Assembly (NCBI GenBank): GCA_002633005.1
Contig: NMRA01000014.1
Coordinates: 159,716 to 223,715, forward strand
Length of the DNA: 64,000 nt
DNA from: Phoronis australis
Lineage: Eukaryota; Animalia; Phoronida
Reading direction: 5' to 3'
In this document: one piece after another, positions 50,730 through 64,000 of the stretch
Position numbering within the stretch: the stretch's first letter is position 1
Layout of the letters: each line of letters starts with the position of its first letter
Translations under genes and position numbers: made by a program
Notes under the pieces: model-generated
Told to the model about the DNA's origin: nothing
The model's input: the letters and a program-made list of their open reading frames with translations, nothing else
The model's database searches: none

Positions 50730-51789
50730 CAGGGTGTTTCCTCGGAACAGGAATCTCGGTGTAAAATAGATATCCCGGGGTCGAAAACAGACTGCAGCAT
50801 CTTCAAAACAGCTAACCAGCCCAAAAATCACGAGCCATGGCCTTTAAAACAGGAACCCTGGGGATCGGGCAGGAAACTCGGTGACCGAAACACCAGTTCC
50901 GCACTTTCCGTCAAACGTTGTCTGGTGAAAAACAAATCTTCCTGCTTTAAATAGTTGTTGTGATATGTTGTTTGTTTTATTATATGAGAATTTTAGACAA
51001 ATTTTGACAGATTGGCGTTCTACCGTTATTCTGCTGCACTCTTTTGCGTCGGCTTTCCGGGGCCATGAAATATTGCGTCACCTCTTGGACAGTTTCTTTT
51101 TGAGCCAATTCTTCAACTAGCTGTTCGTCTTCCACGATGTTGTGTTTATATCACAACAAAATAATCAAAAATGGCACGAAATTATATTTTTGTTTTTCAT
51201 CTTTGAAATTATTTTGTAGAAACTATTGAATAATCTAAAAGATAACAACTTGTTGAGAGTATTACACTATGTTGAAATTCGCTAACAGACAACTTGCATG
51301 AGTTTTACCGATAAAAATCAAATATGTTACGATTTATTATTGACAATTGTTAACAAACAAGTGCATAAAACAACTGGAAAGTACTTGAAGATGATTTAAT
51401 TCAAAGTTTTAAGCCAATGAAAACAGTTTCAAGAAATTTGAAAAATAGTCCGGGTGTCCTGTCCGATCCCTGGATTCAGTGGCGGATTTTGGAGGGCCAA
51501 GGGAGTCATTGAACAACTACCCCGTTAACCGTTTTTTAGTAATAAGGTCTACAGACCAAAAATTCTAGACCCCTGCACCTACATTTTACGCTGGGCGCGC
51601 TCATATGGCAAAATTCTGGCTATTCCTGCGCACTGCCCCCCCCAACTCAAAATCCTGGATCCGCCCTTGGGATTCCTGTTCCTACCCCTTTTTTTCGGGC
51701 TGGCAAGCTGCTTTGAAGGTGCAGGTGTCCGTTTTCGACTCCGGAATACCTGTTTTATACTGGGACTCCTGTTTCGATGGAAAACCCTG
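50730..51789. mobile_element. Diverged non-autonomous TIR element (CAGGG...CCCTG) with a nested MITE
   Basis: 50730-50880 is a diverged reverse complement of 51450-51476 plus 51675-51789; no TSD retained. Confidence 0.65.
51477..51669. mobile_element. MITE CAGTGGCGGAT...ATCCGCCCTTG, 5-bp TSD GGATT
   Basis: ggatt at 51472-51476 and 51670-51674; removing it restores the host element's TIR. Confidence 0.8.
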
Positions 51790-52238
51790 CGCTGAACCAG
51801 TAGCGGCTTTTAGAAGGGTCAAGGGGGCCATGCGCCTCCCCNCACCAAAAAAGAAAATCCCCATGACAACGCTAACGAGTCACGACTGAGAAAGGTCATT
51901 GACTGCACTTTCAGGCGACTGATTATAGACCTAATTAACACGGCGGACATTAAAATCCTTAGCCAAACGATACATGCTTGCCAAACAGGTGCAAAACTAG
52001 TACTTTTGCTTTGGGGGGTCAAGCGTTGTTTGTTCTACATTTTGGTACGCCTGCCCTACAAATTCTCTGAAAGCCAAAATGAAACAGACAGCTTTATTAT
52101 AACAACAAATCAACGAATAGCAACTATGGAATTTTTGTATAGTAATTTACTAGTCTACACTTACCTTAGTTGGTGGTATTTCATCGAAATTGTCTTGTTA
52201 GATAGTTTCCTTGGTTAACACTGTATCAAAACATTTAT

Positions 52239-52615
52239 TGCGACGGGTCTAGTTATATTTATATAGATAGACCCATTGCGGCGGGTCAACCTTATATATA
52301 TATAACTGGACCTATCACGACGGGTCACTTATATTATATAGATAGACCCATTCCGAATTTGGTGTACCAAACAGAGAGTTCGCTGATNTTGCGACGGGTC
52401 CAGTTATATTTATATAGATACACCCATTGCGGCGGGTCAACCTTATATATATATAACTGGACCTATCACGACGGGTCCAGTTATATTTATATAGATAGAC
52501 CCATTGCGGCGGGTCAACCTTATGTATATATAACTGGACCTATCACGACGGGTCACTTATATTATATAGATAGACCCATTCCGAATTTGGTGTACCAAAC
52601 AGAGAGTTCGCTGAT
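52239..52615. repeat. Complex tandem repeats with internal gggtc...gaccc hairpins, duplicated across N at 52388
   Basis: Recurrent gcgacgggtc(c/t)agttatatttatatagatagacccattgcggcgggtcaacc units. Confidence 0.8.
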
Positions 52616-52840
52616 CAACCTTTACTGACAGGTGTGCCCACCTATAATCACATTTTATGTGGAAACACATATATTTATATGTGTGTCCCCATTTTTGTCC
52701 ATGAAAAGCAAAATTTTACTAGATAAGAAAAGTAAGAAGCTGTTACTGTCGGACAATCAAACAAAATGTTAACTAAACGTTATCATCTTCAGGTAGAGTT
52801 CGATATCCTTGTTGTAAACTTGTGAGAAGTCATTGAAACG

Positions 52841-53804
52841 TCACAAACCAGAGATCTTTATCTTTAGCTCATAATTATTTTTCTTATTCCAAACATCGAT
52901 TGTAGCTTCAGCGCATATGGTATCAGTCAATTCCCTTTCAGTTGCAAGAACAATCAGGTCGTCCAGTCTCTCGTCATTCATAGTTGAACGGAGGCAATTT
53001 TTGATAATTTTCATTTTCCTGAAAGTTCTCTAGTCTTTTGCCAGCGGCGGTGAAAGCCAACCTAGCCACTTTGCAAATGCACAAGAAGATCCCTTTATTC
53101 TTGAAAATGAAGTTACACACGCCGCTAAACGTATAAAGAGGTGACTTCAAGGACGTACACAGATTGATGTAGATATCATGCTCAGTTTCCGTGTATGCTT
53201 TGAAGAGCTCGCAAATTGCCAGAAATTCCTTTCCTGTAGGAATTGCAAGAGGTGGTTGAAGTAATTTACCAAGAAGTTCAGTATGGGAAAGGCAACATAT
53301 TATGTTGCCTCTATACTCGCTAGCCAGCGTATCGAGAACCTCAATCATCCATCTACAGTATGTTTCGTGGCAACCCAGAGCTGTTGAAGTTAAAGCGCAT
53401 TGGTTAAGCCTTTTTGGTATACGCTTCTTCCTTTTGTCCGCAAACTCTTTCTCGGGGTCTGTGTTTAAAGATCTGGCAAACCGGATGCTCGCATCCATTT
53501 CATCATTCATTTTTTCAGTGGAATTTCAGATTCTATCAATTAGTTTCAATGCATCCGGGATATTAATAAGCTCTTCCTTCTGTACCTCTTTAGTCAGGAG
53601 TTTTGTCTTCTTCATGATCACACGCATGAACATCAAGGCAAAGACGAAATCGTATTTCAGCATTTTTCTCATCAACGAAGTAGCTCTAGCTTGAGTTGAG
53701 CTATCTATGCTTTTTCTCGAGTGAACATACCCAATGACAAATTTATCCATGCGTCGCATCTCGCAATTAAGAAATACCATTTGATTTCGTAACTTTGCAA
53801 CCAT
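52841..53804 (-). pseudogene. Frameshifted hAT-family transposase remnant (C-terminal half)
   Basis: After a frameshift it reads RTFRKMKIIKNCLRSTMNDERLDDLIVLATERELTD (hAT C-terminal dimerisation motif). Upstream fragments FVFALMFMRVIMKKTKLLTKEVQ and KRKKRIPKRL are hAT-typical. Confidence 0.85.
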
Positions 53805-54634
53805 TTGATTTTTCTGCTATTGACAAATACTCGCCACCTCGAGCCATAACACAACAATACCACCTACGAAGGCGTTCGGGGCCTGGTAACATAATAATGT
53901 TCTGGCAATCAATATTTAGCCGCTCAAATATTCCTCATATTTAATCAACTCCGTGACAGTATCTTCACGGGAGTTTCATACATATTGATGTTTAAACCGT
54001 GTTTAAGGTAGAACGATTATTTAATTTGTCTCGTAGGTTACGGGTGTATTTGCAAAATTGTCGTCACAGGTAGACAGACCTATGTTTAAATTAAACCCAG
54101 AACAGCATATGTGCCTTTACAGCGATAAAAAGGCAACGATTTGGAGCATGTTTGTTTAGGCCTATTCTATCAAATCGAAATGAATTTATTGTGGGATTGG
54201 TAAGGAAATCGTTTGATGATAGAATTTACCCAAATTCGCCTCTGAGGCAGAAGTACAGTTTACCTTGCTGTACAATCAAGACTGCTGGTTCTCATTAAAC
54301 AAATTGGCTGATAAGAGTTATAATGTTATGACAAATAGCCCTTTCATGGCATAATTTTGTCCAGAACTGGGTTTTAATTATGCCATTTCTTGCTCTTAAA
54401 TCTGCTCTCGTAACCTGAAATGAGAAAATGGTTCATGTCTCAAGGAAATGCTAAATGATGTATTATTACTAGTTCAGATTTTCTCCTTTCTCCATGTCGC
54501 CTACTAGGCGTGTTTGTCTCCATTTCCCAGTCAGTGCTGCAACACGTGGCGTCTTGCAAGTGCCTGCAGAAACAAATTTGTCTCATGACGGATAAGTATA
54601 GTTGAGTGGATTGCCTGCGTTACGGTAAAATCAA

Positions 54635-54635
<1 letters not shown>

Positions 54636-54673
<38 letters not shown>

Positions 54674-54730
54674 AATATTTACAATGAGGGTAGCCCCATC
54701 AGTTCACACTGCTTTCCATGGGGGCCCTCA
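54636..54730 (-). mobile_element. LINE-like 3' end with (TAA)n tail
   Basis: Minus strand reads GAGGGCCCCCATGGAAAGCAG...GGGGCTACCCTCATTGTAAATA followed by (AAT)n. Confidence 0.5.
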
Positions 54731-55243
54731 TTTCCAGGGACATCGTCGCGGGACGACGCGTTATTGGCTCCAAGATTCTACTCATCAAACACAAATCGGA
54801 GGGTAACAGATTTTTGTTGGCGATTACTGCGATTCTAAAGGACAGTTTTGACCGCCATTTAATAAATGTTGGATTAAGACGGCCATTTCTGTGTCTACTG
54901 TTGCCAAGCGTTGGCTCGAGTGACGCCACCCTCCCCCAACCCGAGACTGGTTTTGAGTTGAGTAAAAAATCCTCCTAGGTTTTGCTTGTCCCAGGTGGAT
55001 TTATAAAGGACCTCATCACCGACTCGATTAAAAAAGTTAAACAGAGACCAGAATCAATTAAAGAAATCTCAAGCTGTTGTTATCAGACTAGTAAAGTTTT
55101 TCCTCTACGTGCTTGCCTATGAGATGTTAGTACGGTGGCTGACCAAAAAAGGTTTCGTTATTATTTCTCCAGTCTGACCCTTTTCATGGATGTGAGTTCA
55201 GTCGATGGAGACAGTAAACTGTACTAGGTCCATAGTTATAGAT

Positions 55244-58061
55244 TGTCATTAGGGTTGGTAAATAAATCGAAAAAGATAGGCAGTTAACAGCGTTAGTTTG
55301 AATTATTTATTTAGCTTATGGGTAGAAACTGATGTACATATAAAACGTCATTTGTCACCCTTTTGCAGGCACCGTACTCTTGTACCTGCGTTAGATGAAG
55401 TGACGCTTGGAAATTACGAAACTAAGCAAAGCTGTTAAATCTCGTTAAATATTCTCTTTACTCTTCTTGCCCCTCGCCCAATCTGCGATCGAAAACACTG
55501 GAAAGCGATGGCTTATTCTTATGTAGTTTTTATAAATGGTGGTTATTTTCGGCCCTGCACCAACATATTGGGATCAGATGACGCATAAAAACAATGTGAC
55601 GCTTGTTTTGCAAAGATCTCTGAATTTTTAACAGTTTTAACAAAAATCGATTCTGGACGCAATAATTAGATATCGGGAATGCAAACCGAGATGACTTGTG
55701 CGGTTGCGTGCTAGTGTGTACAATGAAAGTGAGTCTTTTCACTTCAAAACGTTAAATTAAGTTCCGAAACGAGTGCCGTTCAAGAATGTTTTTATTTTCA
55801 ACCAATGTCTAGTTATGTCCCTTTTATCCATTGAAATAGCTAACATATATTTCCAGAGAAATCTCCATGAGCACGTTACAGACCTTGCACGTTAACACGT
55901 TTAGATCATATTTCCAAATTTATTTCCCTTTTTTAGTTGCAGGAAACAATGTTAATGAAAAGAGTGCTTTATGGAGTCGATCTATTTGAAATTGTAAGAG
56001 TACAGTAGAACGTTAAAGTGCTTATAATCACCAATTTCATGTCAAAAACACATAGAAACAACACCACCAGTAGATCTGCTGTCAAATTAGAACACTCGCG
56101 CACATTATCTGACGATATGTTAATTAGCTGACCTCGAGTTACGAGTATTTATTGGTCGATACATACTATGTAGAATCGAGACAACGAATCACATCTTTAG
56201 TCATCCTCCATTGTGTTTAATGTGAAAAGTCTTCATGTATTGCTTCTCGTTTTCGTCTTGGTTTTTGGTATAATAAAGAATGGCGAGGGGTTGCGTTTGT
56301 GGCTGTTGTGACGACGCACTTTCTCACGGGACACCAAAGAAGCGCAGATATGGCACAACTTTGTGCAAGAAACTCGCGTGTTGGTGGACGTGACACACTA
56401 GCGTTGGGCACTTTTGCACTTCAAACTGTTTGTCCGTGGAGCTGAGAAACTTTTAATTAAACTGGTTTTTCTTCTATTTTATCACTGTTGGGATAATTAG
56501 CTGACACTGTCGATATTCAGTGCTGTAATGGATGATCTAATGATCCTGACAATGTAGGCACGTGTCAAAGCAATGTGTTGTATATGCGCGCACCCAGCCT
56601 AAAATATAAGGGGGCTCGAATTTTGCGGCATGTGGACCTTTTCCTGAAAAANACTGTCATTAGGGTTGGTAAATAAATCGAAAAAGATAGTCAGTTAACA
56701 GCGTTAGTTTGAATTATTTATTTAGCTTATGGGTAGAAACTGATGTACATATAAAACGTCATTTGTCACCCTTTTGCAGGCACCGTACTCTTGTACCTGC
56801 GTTAGATGAAGTGACGCTTGAAAATTACGAAACTAAGCAAAGCTGTTAAATCTCGTTAAATATTCTCTTTACTCTTCTTGCCCCTCGCCCAATCTGCGAT
56901 CGAAAACACTGGAAAGCGATGGCTTATTCTTATGTAGTTTATATAAATGGTGGTTATTTTCGGCCCTGCACCAACAAATTGGGATCAGATGACGCATAAA
57001 AACAATGTGACGCTTGTTTTGCAAAGATCTCTGAATTTTTAACAGTTTTAACAAAAATCGATTCTGGACGCAATAAATAGATATCGGGAATGCAAACCGA
57101 GATGACCTGTGCGGTTGCGTGCTAGTGTGTACAATGAAAGTGAGTCTTTTCACATCAAAACGTTAAATTAAGTTCCGAAACGAGTGCCGTTCAAGAATGT
57201 TTTTATTTTCAACCAATGTCTAGTTATGTCCCTTTTATCCATTGAAATAGGTAACATATATTTCCAGAAAAATCTCCATGAGCACGTTACAGACCTTGCA
57301 CGTTAACACGTTTAGATCATATTTCCAAATGTATTTCCCTTTTTTAGTTGCAGGAAACAATGTTAATGAAAAGAGTGCTTTATGGAGTCGATCTATTTGA
57401 AATTGTAAGAGTACAGTAGAACGTTAAAGTGCTTATAATCACCAGTTTCATGTCAAAAACACATAGAAACAACACCACCAGTAGATCTGCTGTCAAATTA
57501 GAACACTCGCGCACATTATCTGACGATATGTTAATTAGCTGACCTCGATTTACGAGTATTTATTGGTCGATACATACTATGTAGAATCGAGACAACGAAT
57601 CACATCTTTAGTCATCCTCCATTGTGTTTAATGTGAAAAGTCTTCATGTATTGCTTCTCGTTTTCGTCTTGGTTTTTGGTATAATAAAGAATGGCGAGGG
57701 GTTGCGTTTGTGGCTGTTGTGACGACGCACTTTCTCACGGGACACCAAAGAAGCGCAGATATGGCACAACTTTGTGCAAGAAACTCGCGTGTTGGTGGAC
57801 GTGACACACTAGCGTTGGGCACTTTTGCACTTCAAACTGCTTGTCCGTGGAGCTGAGAAACTTTTAATTAAACTGGTTTTTCTTCTATTTTATCACTGTT
57901 GGGATAATTAGCTGACACTGTCGATATTCAGTGCTGTAATGGATGATCTAATGATCCTGACAATGTAGGCACGTGTCAAAGCAATGTGTTGTATATGCGC
58001 GCACCCAGCCTAAAATATAAGGGGGCTCGAATTTTGCGGCATGTGGACCTTTTCCTGAAAA
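55244..58061 (+). repeat. 1411-bp tandem duplication (55244-56651 and 56655-58061) joined at an N
   Basis: Identical ORFs 56217..56411 and 57628..57822 are offset by 1411; scattered SNP-like differences; N at 56652. Confidence 0.92.
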
Positions 58062-58129
58062 AGGAAATCGAACACTAAAAAAACTGGGTACTAGGTTTAG
58101 AGCTCCNNNNNNNNCGGCGTGCGCGCATG
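57994..58129. mobile_element. MITE of the 35953 family, 5-bp TSD TTGTA
   Basis: ttgta at 57989-57993 and 58130-58134; termini TATGCGCGCAC...GTGCGCGCATG; contains an N-gap. Confidence 0.75.
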
Positions 58130-58517
58130 TTGTATTAGTTTCATTTAGTGATGTCAAAGATGATGACGTCACTATGACGTCGTATTATTTGTTTTCTATT
58201 ACCTCTTGTCTTTGGCTAACAAAGCAACCGAATGGGGGTTTTAAGTAGCAATTTCCGATAGCGCCTAAGGAATTGAAAAATCTACATAACGTCACAGAAT
58301 TGGCTATTATTTTACACGTGGATACAAATCCACCTCAAATTACACCCATCACCATAATACACTCATTAGCCTCTCCGTCTATTTTCATACCCCTTGGAAT
58401 TTATATTTGAAACATGCAAAATTTTCATCTTAAAAATTACAGGATTAATACGAGAGGACTAGAGTCTGGTATTCGATAATGTGTAGGCACGTATAATGGT
58501 CATTCCCCACTCCAAAA

Positions 58518-58668
58518 CAGTGGCGGATCTAGGATACCACGAGGGGCCCAACAGTTTGTCTCGTGGAAACGCGCAACGTACGGTCGCACGCGCGCACCAG
58601 CCTAAAGTCTAGGGGTGCTCCAATTCCTGGGNGCGCCCTGAGCCCCCGCCCCCCTAAATCCGCCTATG
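58518..58668. mobile_element. MITE CAGTGGCGGAT...ATCCGCCTATG, 5-bp TSD CAAAA
   Basis: caaaa at 58513-58517 and 58669-58673. Confidence 0.75.
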
Positions 58669-61499
58669 CAAAAACATACTGTTCAAAGAAATGAATGTAC
58701 CACCTTCGTGGGGGTACTCGTTTTGTCGTACCACCTAATTTAAGCACCCAAAATCGAAGTAATTTATTGGTAAGGATTTAGCAAGCTGTAACAAAACGAC
58801 TCTTGAAGTTTACTGTGATAACTTTAATTTATCATCTACAAAAATGCAATTTCAGTTGACTTTCTGTGCATGGAATCAAAAAAGACCAAATTTTGATCTT
58901 TATTGTGATAACTTTGATTCATCATCTGCAAAGTTCAAAATCTTGTCTTTTTTGATTTCAAAAAGTCAACTGAAACTGTATTTTTCGTTGCCAAGTGTCA
59001 AGTATTTGTTGTAATTGCACGGTAATACAAACAGTGACTGAAAGTTTTTAATTGGCAGTAGAAACATTGTTTAGCCTGCAGAAGTATCTTACAGTTCCTT
59101 TGTTCTCAGGCTGGTTGGTTGTATCAGTTGTCATCACACTCTCAGTGCAGAGGGTAATTTCAGGAATTGACACGTTTGTGGCGCTAGAGTAGTAGAACCT
59201 CCTGTTCATGGAAATATTATGGCTGTTGTAGTGTACAGGTTTAAAAGGTGTTCTCCATGAAAGACCTCTTTATATGTGGGAAGCTGCACAAGAGGTGCAG
59301 GAGAGCACATACGATCTAATGTGATTGAGCCAGTTTTTTAATATGAACTCATCCTGGCCAGAGTGGGCGTCTTTGGCATATTGCTCCATGCAAGCATGCA
59401 CGATTTATATTGTTCAATTTCTTGGGTGAAATAAATGAACCCTTGGGCTTTGACAGACACGTACGATTAAGTAAGGGAAATTCTGATGACATCGCAAGGC
59501 AGTGGGTGTCTGACCCGAATGCATTTGGAGCATCAGCACTTCCATGGGCTTCGTGTAAGTAAAGCTGGCCACTAAAATCCCTATCCAAAATATCAAACGT
59601 GTTTCTGGATCTTAAGGTCAGACACATTCACAGAAAAGAGCATAGTTATTCCTAACTTTTAAGATGTGTTAATAGTCTTGCAAAGTTGAAAGCTATTAGC
59701 TGAAATAAGATCAGCATAAAAACAAGGCTGGTGTCAAAAAAATAAAAGGTGACTGAGTGCATATCTAGGGGTAGCCCTCATAAAGTTTCAGGAAAAACTG
59801 TGACGGTGGATGTAGAGCCACCTGTAGGTGCTCCCAGAAATTGTTACTTGAGCTCGTTAAGTTAATGGAATTGACCACCGACTGAAAGAGAAATAATGAC
59901 CGGGTCCAGAAAATCATTAAGTTGTGTTGACAGTGCAATTAAGGCTGGTTCATTTGCTTTGTCATTATGTTCCAGGTAAGAAATTAAGCATTATGAACTA
60001 AAACTTTCCGGGTTTGTTTCGCGTGGCAGCCATGACAGAATAAAGAAAAGTGAACTGATACAACACGTCTCACAGGAAGTTGTAAAATGGTTCACACTGA
60101 ATAGTTTTCAAATCTCTTAAGCTATCCAAGTTCCACAGACGTGTTTCAACCAGTGAGGATTTTGCATAGAATTGCTGTTGCAACAACATCATAAGTGTTT
60201 TACATTTTGGAAGTGAATGTAACGATATGTGTTCACAGAAAATAACAAATTTATTTTGATTAGAGGTGTTTAGTTACTTTGCTGCCCAAATTCGCGACAC
60301 TGAGAAGGATGAAGATTTTAAATACCAACTAATCTGGTGGAATAGCAATGAAGCAACAGTCAGTGCTCGACATGCAGGTCATCAACGTGACTTCATACTG
60401 TGTTAGGCGACCTGGGAGAAATCCCAAGTCTTCAAGAAGTCGCCACTGCGAGTATCTAAGTCAGCCAATAATTCCCTGAAATTCGTTACAAAGTTTGTGT
60501 TGTCTTGCAACCGTTAAATCAGTAACAATTTTCCTAGATTCAACACCTTTAGTTCACAATTTTTCCGTCTATTTCGTGAAATCAGTGCATTTGTCAACAC
60601 AGCAGTCAGCACACATTAAACACGCGAGTAGGACAAGATTGGTGCGTTTCGCCTGGAGGAATTGTGTTACAGATTGAACGGCAAATATTTTTACGGGGAG
60701 AAATTAAAGAGGTGTGCATAAGTTACTGAGAACGGAGTGTGGCACGAGGTTTTTTAGTCGACGATTTCGACGTCAGTTTTGGCGACCTCAGATTTCGTTT
60801 GGCGACCTGGGATTTTTGGGAAGTCGCCAAATATAACTTGGCGTCAAGCTAAGTGCTGAGCACGTTAAGTGCTGGTATGAAAAAGTATTACTTATGTTTA
60901 CGATTTGTTTGACTCACAGTAATTCACGTTATATGTCTAATGCATCATATTGTAACGGGTACATGTATGGTTCATCTTCACCATGTTTGATGGACAAATG
61001 TGAGCAATTTTTATTTTAATAAAGATTCCAAAAACATGAACTTTTCTGTAAGCCTTCCAAATTTCTCAAAAATATGACTCCAATTAATTGAAGGCATCTT
61101 CAGCTGTAGAACTGGCGAAGAAGGAAGAGGCGAGCAAAAAAAGATTTATGGAAGAGCATCCACAGATGAAAGAAGAAAGGAAAATCTGTGTAACAGGAAA
61201 ATCAAGGCGTCAATGAGCTCATTGAAATTATAGAATTTAATGCAGTTGCAACCAAATGGATAGAAATCAGATCTTTCAAAGGACTACGACTAAGGCACGA
61301 AATAAAATCAAAATTGTCAAAAATGGTTTTGCAACCTTTGTCTCCGTTCATAAAGATCATAAAAGTCTAATTCTTGATAGTCCCCTCCACTTGTCTAATT
61401 AGTGGTTGTCATATAATCAATTAGTTACTAGATTTAATCATTCTCTCTCCATCTACGCACAATCTCAAAGCATAGCTACCTTTTAAACAAACCCACAGC

Positions 61500-62760
61500 C
61501 AATCTCTGCAAGGTTCATTTTGTCAGCAAAGGTGATGATTCTGGAATTTAAAATATTTGTAAATATCTTGCTTACAGTAAACAACAGACTTATTCCCCGA
61601 TATTTAATAGGCAAACGGGGTCATTTTCCATGCGTTTATGGACTGCTTTATTGCAAGCTGTTGGGATAATCCCGAAGTCAGATTGCATTGAATAGAACAT
61701 CAAGAGCATTAGCACTTCAGTCGTTTTTGGAATCTCTTTGGGCATGTTGTCTATGCCGGTCGCTTTTTTTTCCTTGGCATTGTTGAGAGCTTTTTGAACC
61801 TCATCAACAGTAATTCGCCCACAAATCATTTGAATCTGCATTCCACCAGGGCTTGTTTTTGAGCTTAAGACCCTTTTCAGTCAGAGATTTTGTCGTGTTA
61901 GCAGACATGCATCTAATGACTGTGATATGCTCCCGATATTTAGTCGTACATAGCGTCAATTTTATCTTGGGTATGTACCTTTTGTTGTAACTGGTGAATT
62001 AATTAATTCAGTGTGCCGATAAATACTTCAGATTTGAACAAATCATTTGGAGCGTTCGTGAAATTATACCTTCTAGGCATATATGATGTGGTGTTGGTTA
62101 TTTCGGAAAGGACTTGCATCTCATCTTTGCTGAGGCAGAAATTGCTAAGCGTCGCTTCATATATTGCAGTGTTTTTACCCAGCCTTGCATTTGAAAATTT
62201 TCAATTAATCTTAAAGGAGAGAAGACGGGGAACCTTTTACACAGGTGCAGAATATCATGACAAAGACAAATGTAGTCTGCAACTGATTTTCCCTTCGTCG
62301 AGGTGGACGTAAAATTGTCCACATCCCCTGTAACTCTTCCGTTTGCAGTACAAGATTTGCTACCTTTTAAACATTCAAGCAGTGCCATTCCGTGCCCGTT
62401 GACCGGGATGTGTACATCAATACTTTTACGCAACGGACAGTTATCTAAGTCACGAATCATATATACATTCTGTTTGTCACAAATCCTGACATTGAAATCA
62501 CCACATACAAAAACAGTATCGTGATCAACATGTGAACAAATTTGACGTAAGAGATGGGTAAAAAAACTAACGAGTCCCTTCCTCTAGATGAGTCCTCTGG
62601 TGGCAAGTAGCTAGAATACCCGTTACATTTCCATTTTGATATGTTATGGCAAAGCTCAAGACATAGTATTCCATCTAGGGACATATCAATGATGTGAACA
62701 GAAAAAATTTCTCATAAGGCACTCTTAACGAATAATCCAACCTCACCAGAGCCTTTAGGG
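61500..62760 (-). mobile_element. Decayed non-LTR retrotransposon ORF2 (APE endonuclease and start of RT)
   Basis: Frameshifted fragments YLPPEDSSR, VCGDFNVRI, VNGHG..LLE, NGR..GD..NFT...KGKSV.DY and ITVDEVQKALNNAKEKKATGIDNMPKEI. Confidence 0.85.
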
Positions 62761-64000
62761 ACTTTTCGGTGAATAGAGGCACCAAACGCCCTCCCAACGC
62801 GTGTTTGCGTGGGCAGACCTGTTGTCTTTTTATTTGTAGCATCTTGCAATTACCATAGGCGAAGCAACGTCAACAGTTATTAGACGCATTTCCATTAGGT
62901 GTTTGGCAAAACAACCTCTAGCAGTGTCGGGATCTAAACATTCAGAAATGAAATATTATTTACTGAGTTTTTCATGTTTCCTAGTTTCAATTTAAACTGG
63001 AAAATGAAAAAATTGGTCAATATTTCAATTTTTAGACTCAAATCTAATGAGACGGCCCTCCATATTTTTCAAACTTGCAACATGCGGCACAGTACATCAA
63101 GCGTGAGTGTTGTCGACGATGCATTATTTAAAGTGGAACTTGCAGGCTAATTTCTTATCTCCGTAACCGCGTGGCTAAATTAGTTAGAAACACAACAAAT
63201 AGCAACGATGTGAATATGAAGGAGGTTGAAAATTGTCAAATGTTTTTAAGAACGAGATTTGAGGCGAAAAGTGTCCACAACAAATTGCAACAAAATTTTT
63301 ACAGTGGTTTTCTATCCTACTGGGTATACTTATTTACAGGAAAAAAAGTCTACTAAAATCTGATCACCGGAAATGGGAAAAAATGGGTCATTTTCAAGAT
63401 GGCCGCTATGACGTTTCAAAATCACGAAAACAGGAATAATTTCTTCAATAATCGTGATAGAGACATTTTTTGGTTCTAGTCTATGCTTTTAAGGGGTGAG
63501 CAACTCATTGGTGTGGTTTAAATTCAGATATGATCAGTTTCTAATATTAAATTCAAGATGGCGTCTAAAATTCAAGAACAAAAAATCACTATTCGTCCAT
63601 TACATTGTGTGCATTTTCACGAAAGACGTCGCTCTAGTCAGCTGACAACTGTAATACACTTTTCGAATTTGAATATTTTTCCAAACGCGTTCATTAAAAT
63701 GGGGCTATTCGGAAAATCTACAATAACTAGAGGGCGTGCGTGTACTAGTGGTGATAGATTAACAGCCTCGATTTCGCGAGCCCTTTAAATACATGGTGAA
63801 ATGGCTTGCAGCCGTGCCAACTGAATCTGAGATTGCGTAAAAAGGGTGCTTCTATGAGAGGAAGTAAGCACGACCTCATACAAAGGTAAGGTTTGTGATT
63901 ATTTTAACGATTATTCCATGATTATTCTACCGATGCCTGTTAACTGAGGCACTCGCCGATGTCGACTTCGCGGCAGTCAGTCGCCAGCCAGAGTCTGGTT

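Overview
Eukaryotic (metazoan invertebrate, probably lophotrochozoan; inference) genomic DNA with GT-AG spliced genes, many repeats and several N-gaps. Genes read by hand: (1) two minus-strand exons of REV3L (DNA polymerase zeta catalytic subunit) at 635-3505; (2) five 5' exons of MRPS5 on the minus strand (14009-18170); (3) a complete four-exon COX16 on the plus strand (18456-23852), head-to-head with MRPS5 across 285 bp; (4) an aerolysin/ETX-MTX2 (LIN-24-like) pore-forming protein with one coding exon (30370-31125); (5) an eight-exon minus-strand gene (33434-47992), only fragmentarily visible in the ORF track, encoding a ~346-aa secreted protein with five Kazal-type domains and acidic Ser-Gly linkers (proteoglycan-like). 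I could find neither the 5' half of REV3L nor the 3' half of MRPS5; the ~10 kb between them is bounded by ~400-bp inverted repeats. Also present: a 188-bp-arm near-perfect palindrome, four MITEs with exact 5-bp target-site duplications, a 2.75-kb TGT...ACA element, hAT and LINE relics, minisatellites, and tandem duplications at N-gaps that are probably uncollapsed haplotypes. Gene identities rest on recalled family motifs, not on database searches.
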